Positions 51,756 to 64,000 of a stretch of DNA of 64,000 nucleotides are shown piece by piece. Source of the DNA: Chiloscyllium plagiosum (lineage: Eukaryota); contig NC_057755.1 in NCBI RefSeq assembly GCF_004010195.1, positions 10,948,161 to 11,012,160 on the forward strand, written 5' to 3'. A model generated the notes under the pieces. That model made no database searches. It worked only from the letters and a program-made list of their open reading frames with translations, and was not told where the DNA came from. A program made the position numbers and the translations under genes. How positions within the stretch are numbered: the first letter of the stretch is position 1; each line of letters starts with the position of its first letter.

Positions 51756-53357
51756 TCACTAGAACATGGCACAGTATGTCCAAGACTGCAACCCTGCATC
51801 TCGATATATAGATGTGAAATTCTCATCTTCTGCTTGTTTATGGATTTAGTGCATCAAGTAAACCATAATAAACATACTTATTAAAGTTCGCACACTGTTG
51901 GACCGTGTGATGAAGGATTATGTGCTGATCACTACTATTCACACTGCAGTCTGATATGGTAAACTTCAGAACTTTAATCACTTTTCTGGGGTTGAAAGAA
52001 TAAGAAATCACTCTCTCCAGAATAGACTTTCCTGGGATGAAAGGAACAAGGGGAAACTATTGTAAAGAAATCAAAAGCGTCATGCCAATTAACCATCCCT
52101 GGCTACAAGGAGATGAAGCTTCACAAGCTGATTCCTGGGAAGGATGAGGAAACAACGGCTTGTTAACCTGATGCATCCTGACAAAACAAACAATTAAGAT
52201 TATCTGCAGAAGGAATATCAGACAGGACAGGCTGTGGTTTGAGAAGACATCTAACATCGAATGCAATAACGAACTAGGAAGCTACTCCTGCTAGGAAGGC
52301 AAGCTACAGACTTGATGATTCCACAAGAGCAATCATTGTTGCAAATGCCCAGATCTAAGAGTCATTGATGATGTCACACCACAGACATCATAGGTCAGAA
52401 AGGCCAACAATAATTCCAGGATGCTTCAGCAGCAGAAATCTGGAGAGCAACACGGGATAACGGTCAAATCCTGAACTCTTTCAGACACACACCCCAAATG
52501 TTTGGAGTTGTGGCTAAAGTTCACCATCAACTGGGAAATAGCCAAGTTGTGTTGTGAGGTTGAAGGATTCTTATTCTGGAGGCTTTTCCACAGAGAGTTG
52601 TTGGGACACATTCATTTCGTATACTTAATACTAAGACATGTAGATTTTTGATCAATTGGGGAAACAAGGGTTACGGGGAAAGGGCAGGAAAGCATGGATG
52701 CAGAACATCAGATCATCCGTGATGCGATTCGATAGCAGAGCAGGGGTGAGGGAGTGAATTATTGCAGTCGTACGGCCTAATCTCTATTTCCCACACTTGG
52801 CCCATAGCCATTGCAAGACTTGACATCACTAGTATGAATCTATCAGCCTTACAGGAAGTGAGTTCCAGATTCCATCATGCTGTGGATAAACACTTTGCCC
52901 TAACCTCCCTTCTAAATCTCCTGACCCTAGATTTAAATATATGATCCCTGATCATTGAGCTTTCTTCTAAAGAGAATTATTTCTTCCTCTCGACCATGTC
53001 TATGCCTCTCATAAGTAAATCCTCAGATTGCACCTTCCAAACCCATGACCACTTCCATCTAAAAGGACAAGGGCAGCAAATAAATACAACCTGCTACAGC
53101 ACTTGGACAGCAAATGTTGAGAAGGCAGCTCACCGCACCTTCTTAATGGCAATTATAGTTGGGTAATAAATGCTGGTCCAGCCAGTGATGCTCACTTCCC
53201 ACAATTATTTATCTTTTTAAAAAGACAATATCACTCGTGAATACTCAATGCAAATCTGCATATCAAGTGGAGATGTATGGTCAGAGACAGTATGAAATTC
53301 AAACATGAACCAATGACATGCATCAATTGGCGCTAGGAATTTTCTTTTTCAAACTGC

Positions 53358-54262
53358 TTAAAGTTTAACCAATCTTAGAATTAATGTCCAAGGAAATATC
53401 ACTAATTTCTTAAACTCTTCCCGGAATTTTCTCTGAATAGTTGCATAGATGCACGTATTTAAAGAGGAACTCAAATGCTTCAGCATTGCTCCGACTTCGG
53501 TAGCGATATATCCAGGAGCTGCATAGTCACCTCTGTAATTATTGGTGTTGGTCATTCTGGTCATTAAGAGGCTCACAGCAGTCGTCATCCAGAGCAATAT
53601 AAAACTGCTCGATATAGTGAGGAGCAAAATGATGGATTTCCTTCGGTTCTCCATCTCAAGATCACTTTGTGCCTGACTGTGGTGACCCCGGAGGTCCCTG
53701 CGCACTCTGCTGGCCACTAAAATTCGAGTTATTGTCAAAGAGTTCAATAAAATTATTAAGGCAAACGGAAGCCAGACGAGCATGATGCTATGAAACCAGG
53801 AGTAAGGTATTCCAACGGATAAGGACGAGAAAGCTGCACTTGTCCGGCAGCCCCACTGCACATTATTAACTGTTCGTTCAGCTTCATAGACAAATGCAAC
53901 AGAGATATCCTTGACAATGATAAAAATGGAGAAACTTATTATGACTATCGCAGCAGTTCTTGGTGCGCAATACTTTAATTTAATCTTTTGGTAACATAGA
54001 GCTACAAATCTGTCAAATGTGAAGGTGACCGTGAACCAAACAGATAAGTCAAGGGCAACAGCAGACAGGGACAGAATAACCCTGCATACAGGAGTGAGAG
54101 ACAGGAATGAAAGTGGAAAGTGGTAACTAAATATATAGTACAATATTACATTGTTGATCATGACCAAAAGATCCGCTGTTGCCATTGCTATCATGTAGAC
54201 AGAAATGCACTTCGACAGGCCACAGTTTCCCCGGAAGAGAATCATGATTGTCATCAGGTTTG
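53358..54262 (-). CDS. GPR139/GPR142-like class A GPCR, exon 2 (intact; spliced product 324 aa)
   Basis: Acceptor tattctcattacag; open frame with TM1-TM7, AMATADLL, Cys at the top of TM3, SVWFTVTFTFDRF, ECL2 Cys (WGC), FILLW, LNTCIY and helix 8 RKFR. Confidence 0.93.
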
Positions 54263-54649
54263 CTGTAATGAGAATAGTAGGAATAACTGAACTTAGATTT
54301 CTGATTGAATTGCACATGGACCTGCCTATAATAGAACATTTTAATCAATATACAGCTGGTAGAATGCAGCATTTTGAGTAGAGCATTGCAATTGAGACTG
54401 TTATCTAGGAAAGTTTGCCACAGTATAATCAGCTTCGACAACATTCACATTGCACATGGTGAAACAAAGCGTGGAAACCCAGAAAGGATAGCACATGAAG
54501 TGACTGCAGACATTTGTGGAGTTCAATAGTTTCTTCTTAGGTTGAATGAATGTAGAAGGTTCACACATGATAAATATGTTAGCTTGCGAAGCAGGCAATA
54601 TGGGCATAGATAGAGTTACCATCACACTAAAACACAAACAGTCACTCAC

Positions 54650-54719
54650 CGGGAACACCGGTAATGGCAAGAATCGGGTAGTAAATCTCCTTTATCTGAA
54701 AAAGAATCCATTGTCCCAT
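54650..54719 (-). CDS. GPR139/GPR142-like GPCR, exon 1
   Basis: ATG at 54719 gives MGQWILFQIKEIYYPILAITGVP-G then gtgagt. The phase-1 join across a 387-nt intron gives GVPAN, as in GPR139 YY...GLPAN. Confidence 0.9.
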
Positions 54720-54798
54720 TTTGCAAATAAAATGGCGAATTAATTATCACCTGAAAGTCTTCACATAATGTACAGCAGAAGGAATGAAAGAAAGCCAG

Positions 54799-54806
54799 TA
54801 CTTATA
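54799..54806 (-). promoter_or_regulatory. Candidate TATA box of the GPCR gene
   Basis: TATAAGTA on the minus strand, about 80 nt upstream of the ATG; supported by position only. Confidence 0.35.
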
Positions 54807-55179
54807 CACAAATCAACCCTCCAGAGATTCAGTCCGGTTAGTCATTGAACTTACAATTGGAGTGACAATGTTGTCACCTGACAATTCGCATAAGAAAGGC
54901 AGACAAATTGTTTACTTGATAAATAACACCTGCTACAGGTGGTGTTTTTTTTTTGAAAGGCAATCTCGCTTAAACCCTGACAATGTGTTTTAAAGACAAT
55001 GTGCTCAATGTTGAGCCTGAACATCCCTCCACAAAGCAGGTGAAGCAAGATACATTGCACAATACACCATGGTTTTGCCCTGGACTCAGTCTCCTGGCAC
55101 AGTCACGAAAATGTGGGTGTAATATATATTTAAGAGAGTAAAGGCTGGCAGTGACGGCACCAAGTGTTCTCAATAAGAC

Positions 55180-56038
55180 TGTAACATGTGTTCCAGCTAC
55201 TGGGTTCTGGTTACCTAGGAACGACAAAGTAGATTCGAATTAGGCTAATCGGTTTAGATTATACCCCGAAAAATACCAAATTCCAATCAAGTTTGAATTG
55301 AGTATGTTGACAATCTTAAAAGGCAATGACACAATCCAATCCTTTGGGATATAAGAGCGGGGAAAATTGAACATTAGGAGAACCGCCACCACACCAACAG
55401 ACGTAGACTGCAAGTCAGACCTCGATGAGAGGTACTTGTCGAGAGAAGGAGTTTTGACAGAGATATAACACAACACTAACCTGGGGAGCAAGTGTTGATG
55501 AAGATAACGAGAAGATACGACCGCTGGCTGTTGTTAAAGTGTGAACCTTTCTGTAAATCGTACTTGGGAACATTAAAGATGTTAGAGGAAGGAAATTTAA
55601 ATATTTGTCAATTAATTATTCTCTGTTATACTTTAAGAAATAAAGTTGTTATAGTTTAAATATTTCCTGGCCAATCGAACTGTTGCAGATTATCCTACGG
55701 GATAAATCTGCTTTATGTTGCTGGTTTTTAATTAAACAGGTGGGTTTACCCCGTGTCGTGACAATTTGGAGGCTCGTCCGGGATATGAACTGGTTGAAAC
55801 AGATTTTAATATATTTACGACTACGATAAATCCAAGAAGATCTAAATACTTGCAGCTTAATGTCCTAGATCTTTAAATAAAACCTAGGTGAGGCAATTTG
55901 TTTACTTTCTGTGATTTGCGGTTGATAATATTAAAATTAGGAGACATGGCTCAAAAAATTGCTAAAGAGGTTCGGGAATTTGGAGATGATTCTCAAAGTT
56001 GCCAAGAAAGTTTAGAAGGAAAGGAAAAAGCCATACAC
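55180..56038 (+). mobile_element. Gmr1-like Gypsy 5' LTR (55180-55763), tRNA-Pro primer-binding site and gag start
   Basis: TGTAAC...GTGACA ends; TGGAGGCTCGTCCGGGAT at 55767-55784 matches 17/18 of the canonical tRNA-Pro site; MAQKIAKEV. Confidence 0.85.
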
Positions 56039-56039
56039 G

Positions 56040-59000
56040 CAGGAGTCCGAGAATCAGACAGGTGCAGTAGAGAAGTGTGCCGAGGACAGAGGGAGGAGAA
56101 AAACGAGGGCTGCCAGGTAAGTCAGCTTTTCCCACTTAAAAAGGACTTCGCTCGAGAGTCGGCCTCCATTTTGAACAGAGCTGCGAGGGGAGAGGGCGGA
56201 GAGAAGCGAGGTCTGGCGGGAAGGTTTTAAATGGGTGAGATCTAAAATCGAGACCCTACACTGTGAGGCCTTTCTCACACCCACCTCCTCTAACCTTACG
56301 AAGGATCTGTAAACTCAGTGAGTTTATAGGTTTTTTTCTTTTTTTTCTTAACTTTCTTTTTAATTCTTATGTGGGCTTTCAGATTAGTGAGCTATGGCTG
56401 ATAGGGCAGTTGCATGTTTCTCCGGCAGAATATGGCAGGTGAGAGACACAACACGTATCATTGCCGAATACATCTGGGGGAAGTGCACCCAACTCCAGCT
56501 TCTCCAAAACCAAGTTAGGGAACGAGAGCTGGAGCTGGATGAACTGCGGATCATCCGGGAGACTGAGGGAGAAATTGAGAGGATGCACAGGGAGGCGGTC
56601 ACTCCTCAGACACAAGATAAGGACATCTGCGTTACAGTCAGGGGAAGAAAAGTGAATAAACAGATAGAGAAGTGATCCCCTGTGGCCGTTCCCCTCAGCA
56701 ATAAGTATTCTGTTTTGGATACGGCTGGTGGTGATGGCCGACCGGGGAAAGCCGTAGTTGTCAAGTCTCTGGCATTGAGCCTGGCACTGAGGCTCTGAAG
56801 GGAAGGCGAGAATAGAAAAGCGCTAGTGGTAGGAGATTCAATAGTTAGACAAATAACCAGGAGAATTTGTGGTCAGGAATGGGACTCCTGGACGATGTGT
56901 TGCCTCCCCAGTGCCATAGTCCGGAATGTCACAGATCGGCTTCACAGGATTCTGAAGGGGGAGTGTGAGCAGCCAGAAATCATGGTACATATTGACACCA
57001 ACGATATAACCAGGAAAGGCACTGATGATCTGAAAGGTGACTACAGAGAGCTAGGTTGGAAGCTGAAGAGCGGGACGAGTAGTGTAGTGTTCTCAGGTTT
57101 GCTACCGGTGCCACGAGATAGTGAGGTGAGGAAGAGGCAGCGAGTGCAGCTTAACACGTGGCTGCGCAGCTGGTGCAGGAGGGAGGGCTTCAGATATTTT
57201 GACCATTGTGATGCCTTCTGCGGAAGGTAGGACCTGTGCATGATGGACGGGTTGCACGTGAATTGGAGGGACACAAATGTCCTGGGTAGGAGATTTGCTC
57301 GCGTGGTTCAAAGGGTTTAAAATAGTTTGGCAAGGGGGTGGGAATTAGAGCTACATATCTGAGAAGGGGCAAGTTAGATATGTAGTGAATCTATCAGGAA
57401 GGTTATTCATGTGATGGAATAAAGGGGTCGGTTGAAGTGTGGCTGCTTCAACGCAAGGAGTGTCAGAGATAAGAGTAATGAACTTAGAGGAGAAAGTGAG
57501 GACTGCAGATGCTGGAGATCAGAGCTGAAAATGTGTTGCTGGAAAAGCGCAGCAGGTCAGGCAGGATGTTGCCTGACCTGCTGCGCTTTTCCAGCAACAC
57601 ATTTTCAGTAATGAACTTAGAGCATGGATCAGTACTTGGGACTCTGATGTTATGGTCATAACGGACACGTGGGTTTCACTGGAGCAGGAATGGTTGCTAG
57701 ATGTTCCAGGGTTTAGAACGTTTAAAAATAACAGGGAGGGTGGAAAAAGAGGAAGGGGTGCAGTATTACTAACAGAGAGTGCATCACAGCTACAGATATG
57801 AAGGTTGTTGAGGAAGGTTTGTCCACTGAGACAATATGAGTGGAAGTTAGGAACAGCAAGGGAGCAGCTACCTCATTGGGGGTTTCCTACATTCACCCTA
57901 ATAGCAGTAGGGAGATTGAAGTACTCATCAGCCGGTAGGTTTTGTTAAAATTGAGATGTAGCAGGGTTGTTGTTATGGGTGACTTCAACTTTCCCAGTAT
58001 TGACTGGAACCTCCGTGGTGTAGATGGTTTGGATGGAGCCGTTTTTGTCAGATGTGTTCAGGAGGGTTTCCTTAATCAGTATGCATAACCGGCCGACAAG
58101 AGGAGAGGCCTTTTTGGATTTGGCGCTCGGCAATGAGCCAGGACAGGTCTCAGATCTCTCGGTGAGCCAACACTTTGTGAAAGTGACCATCCCTGCCTCA
58201 CATTTACCATAGCCTTGAAGAGGGAAAGAGCCAATTACCAAGGGATGATATTTAATTGTAGAAAACGAAATAATGATGCTATCACACAGGGGTTGGGAAG
58301 TACAGACTGGGAGCAGTTGTTCCACAGAAAGAGCACAACAGACATATGGAAAATGCTAAAGGAGCAATTGTGGCTAGTGATGCACAAATCTGTTCCTCTG
58401 AGACAGGCAAGAAGAGGTAAGATTAAGGAGCCTTGGATGGCGAGAACAGAGCAGCTTATCGTCAAAAGAAAGAAGGCAGCTTATGTAAGGTGGAGGAAGC
58501 AAGGATCTAGCGCAACTTTAGAGGGTTGCAGGTTTACCAGAAAGGAGCTCAGAAATGGACTGAGGAGAGCCAGGACGGGGAACGCTAAACGTTTGGTAGA
58601 AGGATTAGGGAGAACCGAAATGCATTTTACTCATACGTGAGGAATAAGAGAATGATCAGGGAGAAGGTGGGGCCGGTCAGGGAGAGCGTAGGGAACTTGG
58701 GCGTGCAGTCTGAGTACATAGGGAAGCCTTAAATGAGTTTTCCTTTGCTTCAGTTTTCACTAAGGAAAGGGACCTTGTTGTGAATGAGAATATTGAGGAG
58801 CTGGGAAACAGGCTTCCACAGATCAAGATTTATGAAGTTGATGTGCTGGAAATTTTTGCAATCATTAAGATTGATAAGTCCCCAGGGCGAGGACCATATT
58901 TATCCTCGGTTGTTCTGGGAAACAAGAAAGGAGGTTGCTAAGCCGCTGGCAAAGACCTTGCTTCCTCCTCTCAGAGGATTGGAGGGAGGCGAAAGTTGTT

Positions 59001-60748
59001 ACTCTTTACAAGAAGGAGAATAGAGAAATTCCTGGCAGTTATAGTCCAATCAGTCTTATGTCTGTGGTCAGCAAGGTTTTGGAAGGAGTTCTGAGGGATA
59101 GATTTTATGGTTATTTGGAACAGTCTAGTGTGAGTAAAAGCAGTCAGCATGGCTTCGTGAGGGCCAGGTCATGCCTCACAAATCCTATTGAGTTCTTTGA
59201 GAAGGTGACGACACTGGTCAACGAAGGTCGAATGGTGGATGTGGTGTATATGGATTTCAGCAAGGCATTTGATAAGGTTCCCCATGGTAGTCTCATTCAT
59301 AAAGTCAGTAGTTATGTGATGCAGGGAGACTTAGATCAATGGATTCAGAATTGTTTAGCTGACAGAAGGTAGAGTGTGATTGTAGCTGGAAAGTGTTCTG
59401 CCAGTGATGAGGACTGTGCATCTGGTCTTTGTCGTTTTTACAAATGACTTGGATGAGGAGGTTGAGGGGTGGAAGAGTAAATTTGCCGATGACACAAAGG
59501 ATGGAGGTGCCGTTTATAATATTGAGTGCTATTGAGGGAAATAAGTGTTCAATTTGTAGCATTCTGACAGAATAAGAGGTGATTGTATTAAATGTTGAAG
59601 ATTATGGACTAACACTCATTATGTGGAGTGAAAGACATTGATAGCATATTTAAACTTGCGTTTTCGTGATGATACCTTTCCTGATAGTTCATGTATCTCT
59701 GTGGGGCCCCCAAGTTAGGCGAGACAAAGCTCCAGGCTCAGAATACACTCACACTATCTCAATGTGCAGTTGGTTTGTGACCCTTCACTGAACATCATGT
59801 TGTTCATAAATCTGTCAGCGTGCATAATGTCTTATTCCTGAAAGAGGTAGCAAGTTCCACCAGCTTCTGACCTCCAAACAGAACACTAGCCTGTCTTATT
59901 GGGCAATATAGACAAGATGCAGAGCTGAGCTGAGAAATGGCAGATGGAGTTCAATCTGGATAAATGTGAAGTGATGCATTTTGCAGGTCGAACTTGAATG
60001 CTGAATACTGGATCAAAGACAGGATTCTTCACAGTGTGAAGGAGTAGAGGTATCTTGGTGTTCAAGTGCATAGATCCCTCAAAGTTGCCACCCAAATGGA
60101 CTGGGTGGTTAAGAAAGTACATGGTGTTTTGGCTTTCATTAATGGGGAATCGATTTTCAGAGCCATGAGGTTTTGAGGCAGTTCTACAAGACCCCGGTGA
60201 GACCATACTTGGAATATTTTGTCCGGTTCTGGGCGCTCTATTATAGGAAAAATACATAGGCTTTAGAGTGGGTGCAAAGAAGGTTTACCAGGATGCTGCC
60301 AGGAATTGAAGGCTTGTCTTACAAAGAGAGATTGACTCAGCTCGTACTTTTCTACCTGGAGAGCAGGAGGAAGAGAGGTGACCTGATCGAGAAAAACAAG
60401 GTACTCAGAGGCATGGATAGAGCCAATAGCCCGAGACCTTTCCCCAGGGCAGGATTGACTGGCACGAAGTGTCATAGTTTTAAATAATATGAGGAAGGTA
60501 TGGAGAACACGTCAGAGGGAGGTTCTTTGTGCAGAAAGTTGGGAATGCATGGGATGTGTTGCAAGTGGTTGTGGTGGAAGCAGAGTCATTAGGGACATTT
60601 CAGCGAGTGCTGCACATGCACATGGACAACAGTGAATTGAGGGCTACGTAGGGTAGGTTATTTTATTTCAGATTAGGAGTAATCCGCAGCACAACGTCGT
60701 TGGCTGAAAGGCCTGTTCTGTGCTGTATTTTTCTACGTTATATGTTCT
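56040..60748 (+). mobile_element. Near full-length decayed CR1 LINE nested in Gypsy gag
   Basis: ORF1 with SGNH esterase (VGDSIVR, HIDTNDI, DGLHVN); ORF2 EN (VMGDFNFPSIDW, PTRGEAFLDL); RT (QHGFVRARSCLTN, YMDFSKAFDKVPH, KFADDTK); 3' tail. Confidence 0.93.
57490..57606. mobile_element. Internally deleted fold-back Penelope mini-element with 16-bp target-site duplication
   Basis: Duplication agtaatgaacttagag at 57474-57489 and 57607-57622; arms gaaaatgtgttgctggaaaagcgcagcaggtcaggca / tgcctgacctgctgcgcttttccagcaacacattttc; no hammerhead core. Confidence 0.9.
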
Positions 60749-63700
60749 CGGTAGAAAAACTTAAAATACAAAACGAGAGATAGGGAAGAGAGAAGGACAG
60801 GGAAAGGGAAAGAAAGAGGGAAGACAGAGTGAGAGAAGAGAGGGACAGAGAAAGAGAGAGAGAGGAGAGAGACAGAGAAAAAAGAGAGATAAGGTTCTTA
60901 GCTGAGCAAAGGGAGAGAGAAAAGAAAGGGAAAGAGAAAGAGAAAGAGAAGAAAGGGAGAGAGGAACGGAGAGAGACGAAAGGAAGAGACAAAAAGAGAG
61001 CGAATCTGAGCTTGAAACGTTGCGACTCAGTGAGCAGAGTCAAGTTAACGGGATGGAGATTAAAAGAGAACATATACACGTGTGTCAAACCTCTGGCACA
61101 TTGTGATGAGAAAGATGTTGAAGCTTCTTTATTTTATTTGAAAAATTGGCGAGGCAAATGGAGTGGTCTGACGCTTTATTGGAAATGTAAGTTTAGACTA
61201 AACTGGTAGGCAGAGCAAGTGAGGTATTTGCTGCCATTTCAGATGAGGTGTCAAGAGATTATTAAGGGTTTAAACGGGTTATTTTAAATGCTTATGAATT
61301 GGTCCCCGAAGCTTATAGACAGCGGTTCAGAAACACAAATAAGGAACCAGGTCAGACTTATGTTGATTTCTAAAGAATTAATGTCATCGTTTTGACTGAT
61401 GGATGCATGCGTTGAAAATACATAAGACATTAGAGGCTCGACGAGAGATTGTTATGCGGGAGAAGTTTAAAACCTCACTTCCAGAGATGGTTAGAATTCA
61501 CTTGAGAAACAAAAAAAGTTCAGAATGTGAGAAGGGCAGCAGAATTAGCAGATGAGTACATGTTGGTGTAGAAGACAAGCTTCTGACCAGAAATTCGTAC
61601 TGTGAGGGATAGAAGTTGGGAGAAGGGCAGATCTTACACTACTAAACCAAGAGTAGAGAGCACTGGTTAGATTTTAACTACAGGATAAAAAAAGAAGTCA
61701 AAGCGGGTGGACAGGAGATGAAAGACGTCAGGCGTTTTCACTGCAATGGAGTGGGACACAGAAAATTACAATGCTTGTGTTCTCAGAAGGGCACTGGGGA
61801 AAGGTGTTTTCACTGCAAGAAGGTGGAAAATGTAAAGTTACAGTGCTGGATATTAAAGAAAGGTGCCTGGGAAAAGATGTGATAAAAGAAGTTAAGCCAG
61901 AGGCATTGGTAAAGGTAGTGAAGAAGACCCCCAAGAGGAGCCGAAGAGATTGTGGAGAGTGCACAGCCGAGACATGGATTGGGTATGGAGTTAATACCTG
62001 ATCTCCACAAAGAATTCGCCTTTGTGGGTAAAGTTTATTCAGAAAGACCAGGGGGAAGAAGGACAAGAAGTCAAAACTTTGAGCGATATAGTATCTCACC
62101 AGTAGCTGATTGTAAGGAATGAGCGAATATGCACTCTTCCTGATCTGTTTCCCGAGAGTATGGTCATTGGTGGTACAGATGGACAGAAATTTAACATTCC
62201 CTGATGTCAGATCAGGTTGGATTGCCAACGTTAGGCTGTGGAAGTTAAAGTGGCAGTGATTGACAGAGTGTCAGTTCCAGAAATTTAGTTTATTCTTGGG
62301 AATGATTTGACAGGAACCAAGATGGGAGTGACACCCCATGTTGTGGAGAAGCTCAAGAAACTGAGTAGCTAAAACACAAATATTGTGGTATTTTCCCAGA
62401 TTCTGTGGTAACCAAAATAAGTTGCAGCACGAAGTGAAAAGTGAAGTGAAAGAAGAACAAGTTGAGGTTGGGTTAGCACATACCCTATTTGATGTAATGG
62501 TGCAGGAAAAACCTGAACAGGCAGAGGGTCAGACAGAAGTGTTTAGTCCTGAAAGGTGAAGAGACTTGCAACAGCAAGCCAAGACAGTAAAAGATATATA
62601 TGTGGATGTGCACACTTAAATGGAGTCCGAGAATATTCTGGATGGTTATTATCTGAAAGATAGAATATCAAGGAGGAAATGGAGACCGCGGCAAGTTTGT
62701 GCGGAGGGGAAATACACCAGATTGTGTTGCTGGTAGTATACAGACAGGAGATGTTATGGGTAGCACATGAACTACCTGTCGAAAGTCATCTAGGGGTAGG
62801 AAAGACTCAAGCTAATGTCCAAAAACATTTTTATTGGCCTGGAATGCACAAAGATGTCGTTAACCTTTGCTGTACGTGTCACACATGCCAAATAGTAGGT
62901 GAGCCACAGGCGATAATAAAATCAGCACTTTTTGTTGCCAATTCCCACATTGGAAGAACCTTTTAAGCAGGTCCTAATAGATTGTGTAGGGCCCCTCCCG
63001 AGAACTAAAAATGGGAATAAGTACTTGTTAACAATTATGGATGTTTCTACCAGATTTCTGAAGGTAATTCCATGACGGAGTATCAAAGCAAAAAGGAAAG
63101 AAGAAAGGTTAAAGCTTTCTTCATACAGTATGGGCTACCCAAAGAAATTCAGTCAGGCCAATGGTCAAATATGTACAACAAGGCTGTCTAAGGAGATTGT
63201 GGAGAGTTTAGGTATGCAGCACTTGAAATCAAGTGCTTATCATCCTGAATCCCAGGGAGCTTTAGAAAGGTGGCAGCATACCTAGAATGCCATGTTGAGA
63301 GCATACTGTCAGGCTTACACAAATGATTGGGATTAATGCATCCCATTCGTATTGTTTGCCATGAGAGGTACCCAAACGAATCTTCTGTTTACTCCCTTTG
63401 AGTTAAAATTCGGTCATTAAATGAAAGGCCCTTTGAAATTAATTAAAGAAAAATTGACAGGACCAAAGTCGGAGATCTCACACTTAGATTATGTATCGGA
63501 TGAAAGGGAGAGATTAAATCGAAAAGGTGAGTTAACTAAACAGCACCTGAAGTGGGCACAGTATAGAAGGAAATAGGTAGCAGATAAAAGCTCTGAGACT
63601 CAAACGTTTTCCCGAGGGGTAACATGTTAGTACAGTTACTAGTGACAGGAGATCCCTTCAAAGCCATGTTTAGCGGACCCTATCAAATTGAGAAGAAATT

Positions 63701-64000
63701 GAGTCAGGTGAAATATTTAGTAAAGATGCCAAATAGAAAAAAAAGATATCGAGTATGGAATGTGAACTTTTGAAACCATGTTATACCAGAGAGAAAGATT
63801 TGGAGAAACAGGTGTTTTTCACACCCACTCCACACTGTGTTAGTGAGGAAACAAGTCCAGATGATTTGGCTTTTGATGTGCCTCAAAATAGATTTAAAAA
63901 TGAGGAAGTCCTTGAGGAATGGGATCGATTAGTAAGCTATCCATCTCAGGAACACAGATGTAAGAATCAGATGGGGAGGACTAATGTTATTGTACATGAA
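60749..64000 (+). mobile_element. Continuation of the Gmr1-like Gypsy element (gag, protease, integrase; decayed), extending past the window
   Basis: ELVPEAYRQRFR, zinc knuckle FHCNGVGH, FILGNDLTG, AHELPVESHLGVGKT..FYWPGMHKDV..CHTCQ, IDCVGPLPRTKNGNKYLLTIMD, SAYHPESQGALERW. Confidence 0.92.

Noticed and set aside
54263..54317. ORF-track N-terminus MCNSIRNLSSVIPTILIT
   Set aside because: Intronic sequence ahead of the acceptor, with a non-ATG start. The spliced exon 1 fits the family far better.
60738..61209. Glu/Arg/Lys-rich and Leu/Ser/Phe-rich ORFs as host genes
   Set aside because: Purine-rich coiled-coil region of the Gypsy gag and its antisense.

Overview
Eukaryotic, repeat-dense scaffold with six N-gaps. 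The repeats (HE1/V-SINEs, CR1 LINEs, Penelope elements, Gypsy LTR elements, 33-bp and 69-bp minisatellites) point to a shark or other cartilaginous fish; this is inferred from remembered repeat consensus, not from a search. Host genes: (1) the terminal exon of a stefin (cystatin A/B-like) gene at 1487-1618 (+), whose 3' region is duplicated about 5.25 kb downstream; (2) a minus-strand cluster of two-exon GPR139/GPR142-like class A GPCRs. The cluster has one apparently intact 324-aa gene (exon 1 54650-54719, exon 2 53358-54262) and two pseudogenes in old tandem duplication units punctuated by a shared Gypsy element. Several Penelope-derived fold-back elements have target-site duplications, and most carry minimal hammerhead-ribozyme cores. 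Most ORF-track entries are spurious (satellite, N-gap or decayed transposon frames). There are no prokaryotic features or CRISPR arrays. The best candidate for an under-described system is the birth-and-death cluster of GPR139-like receptors.
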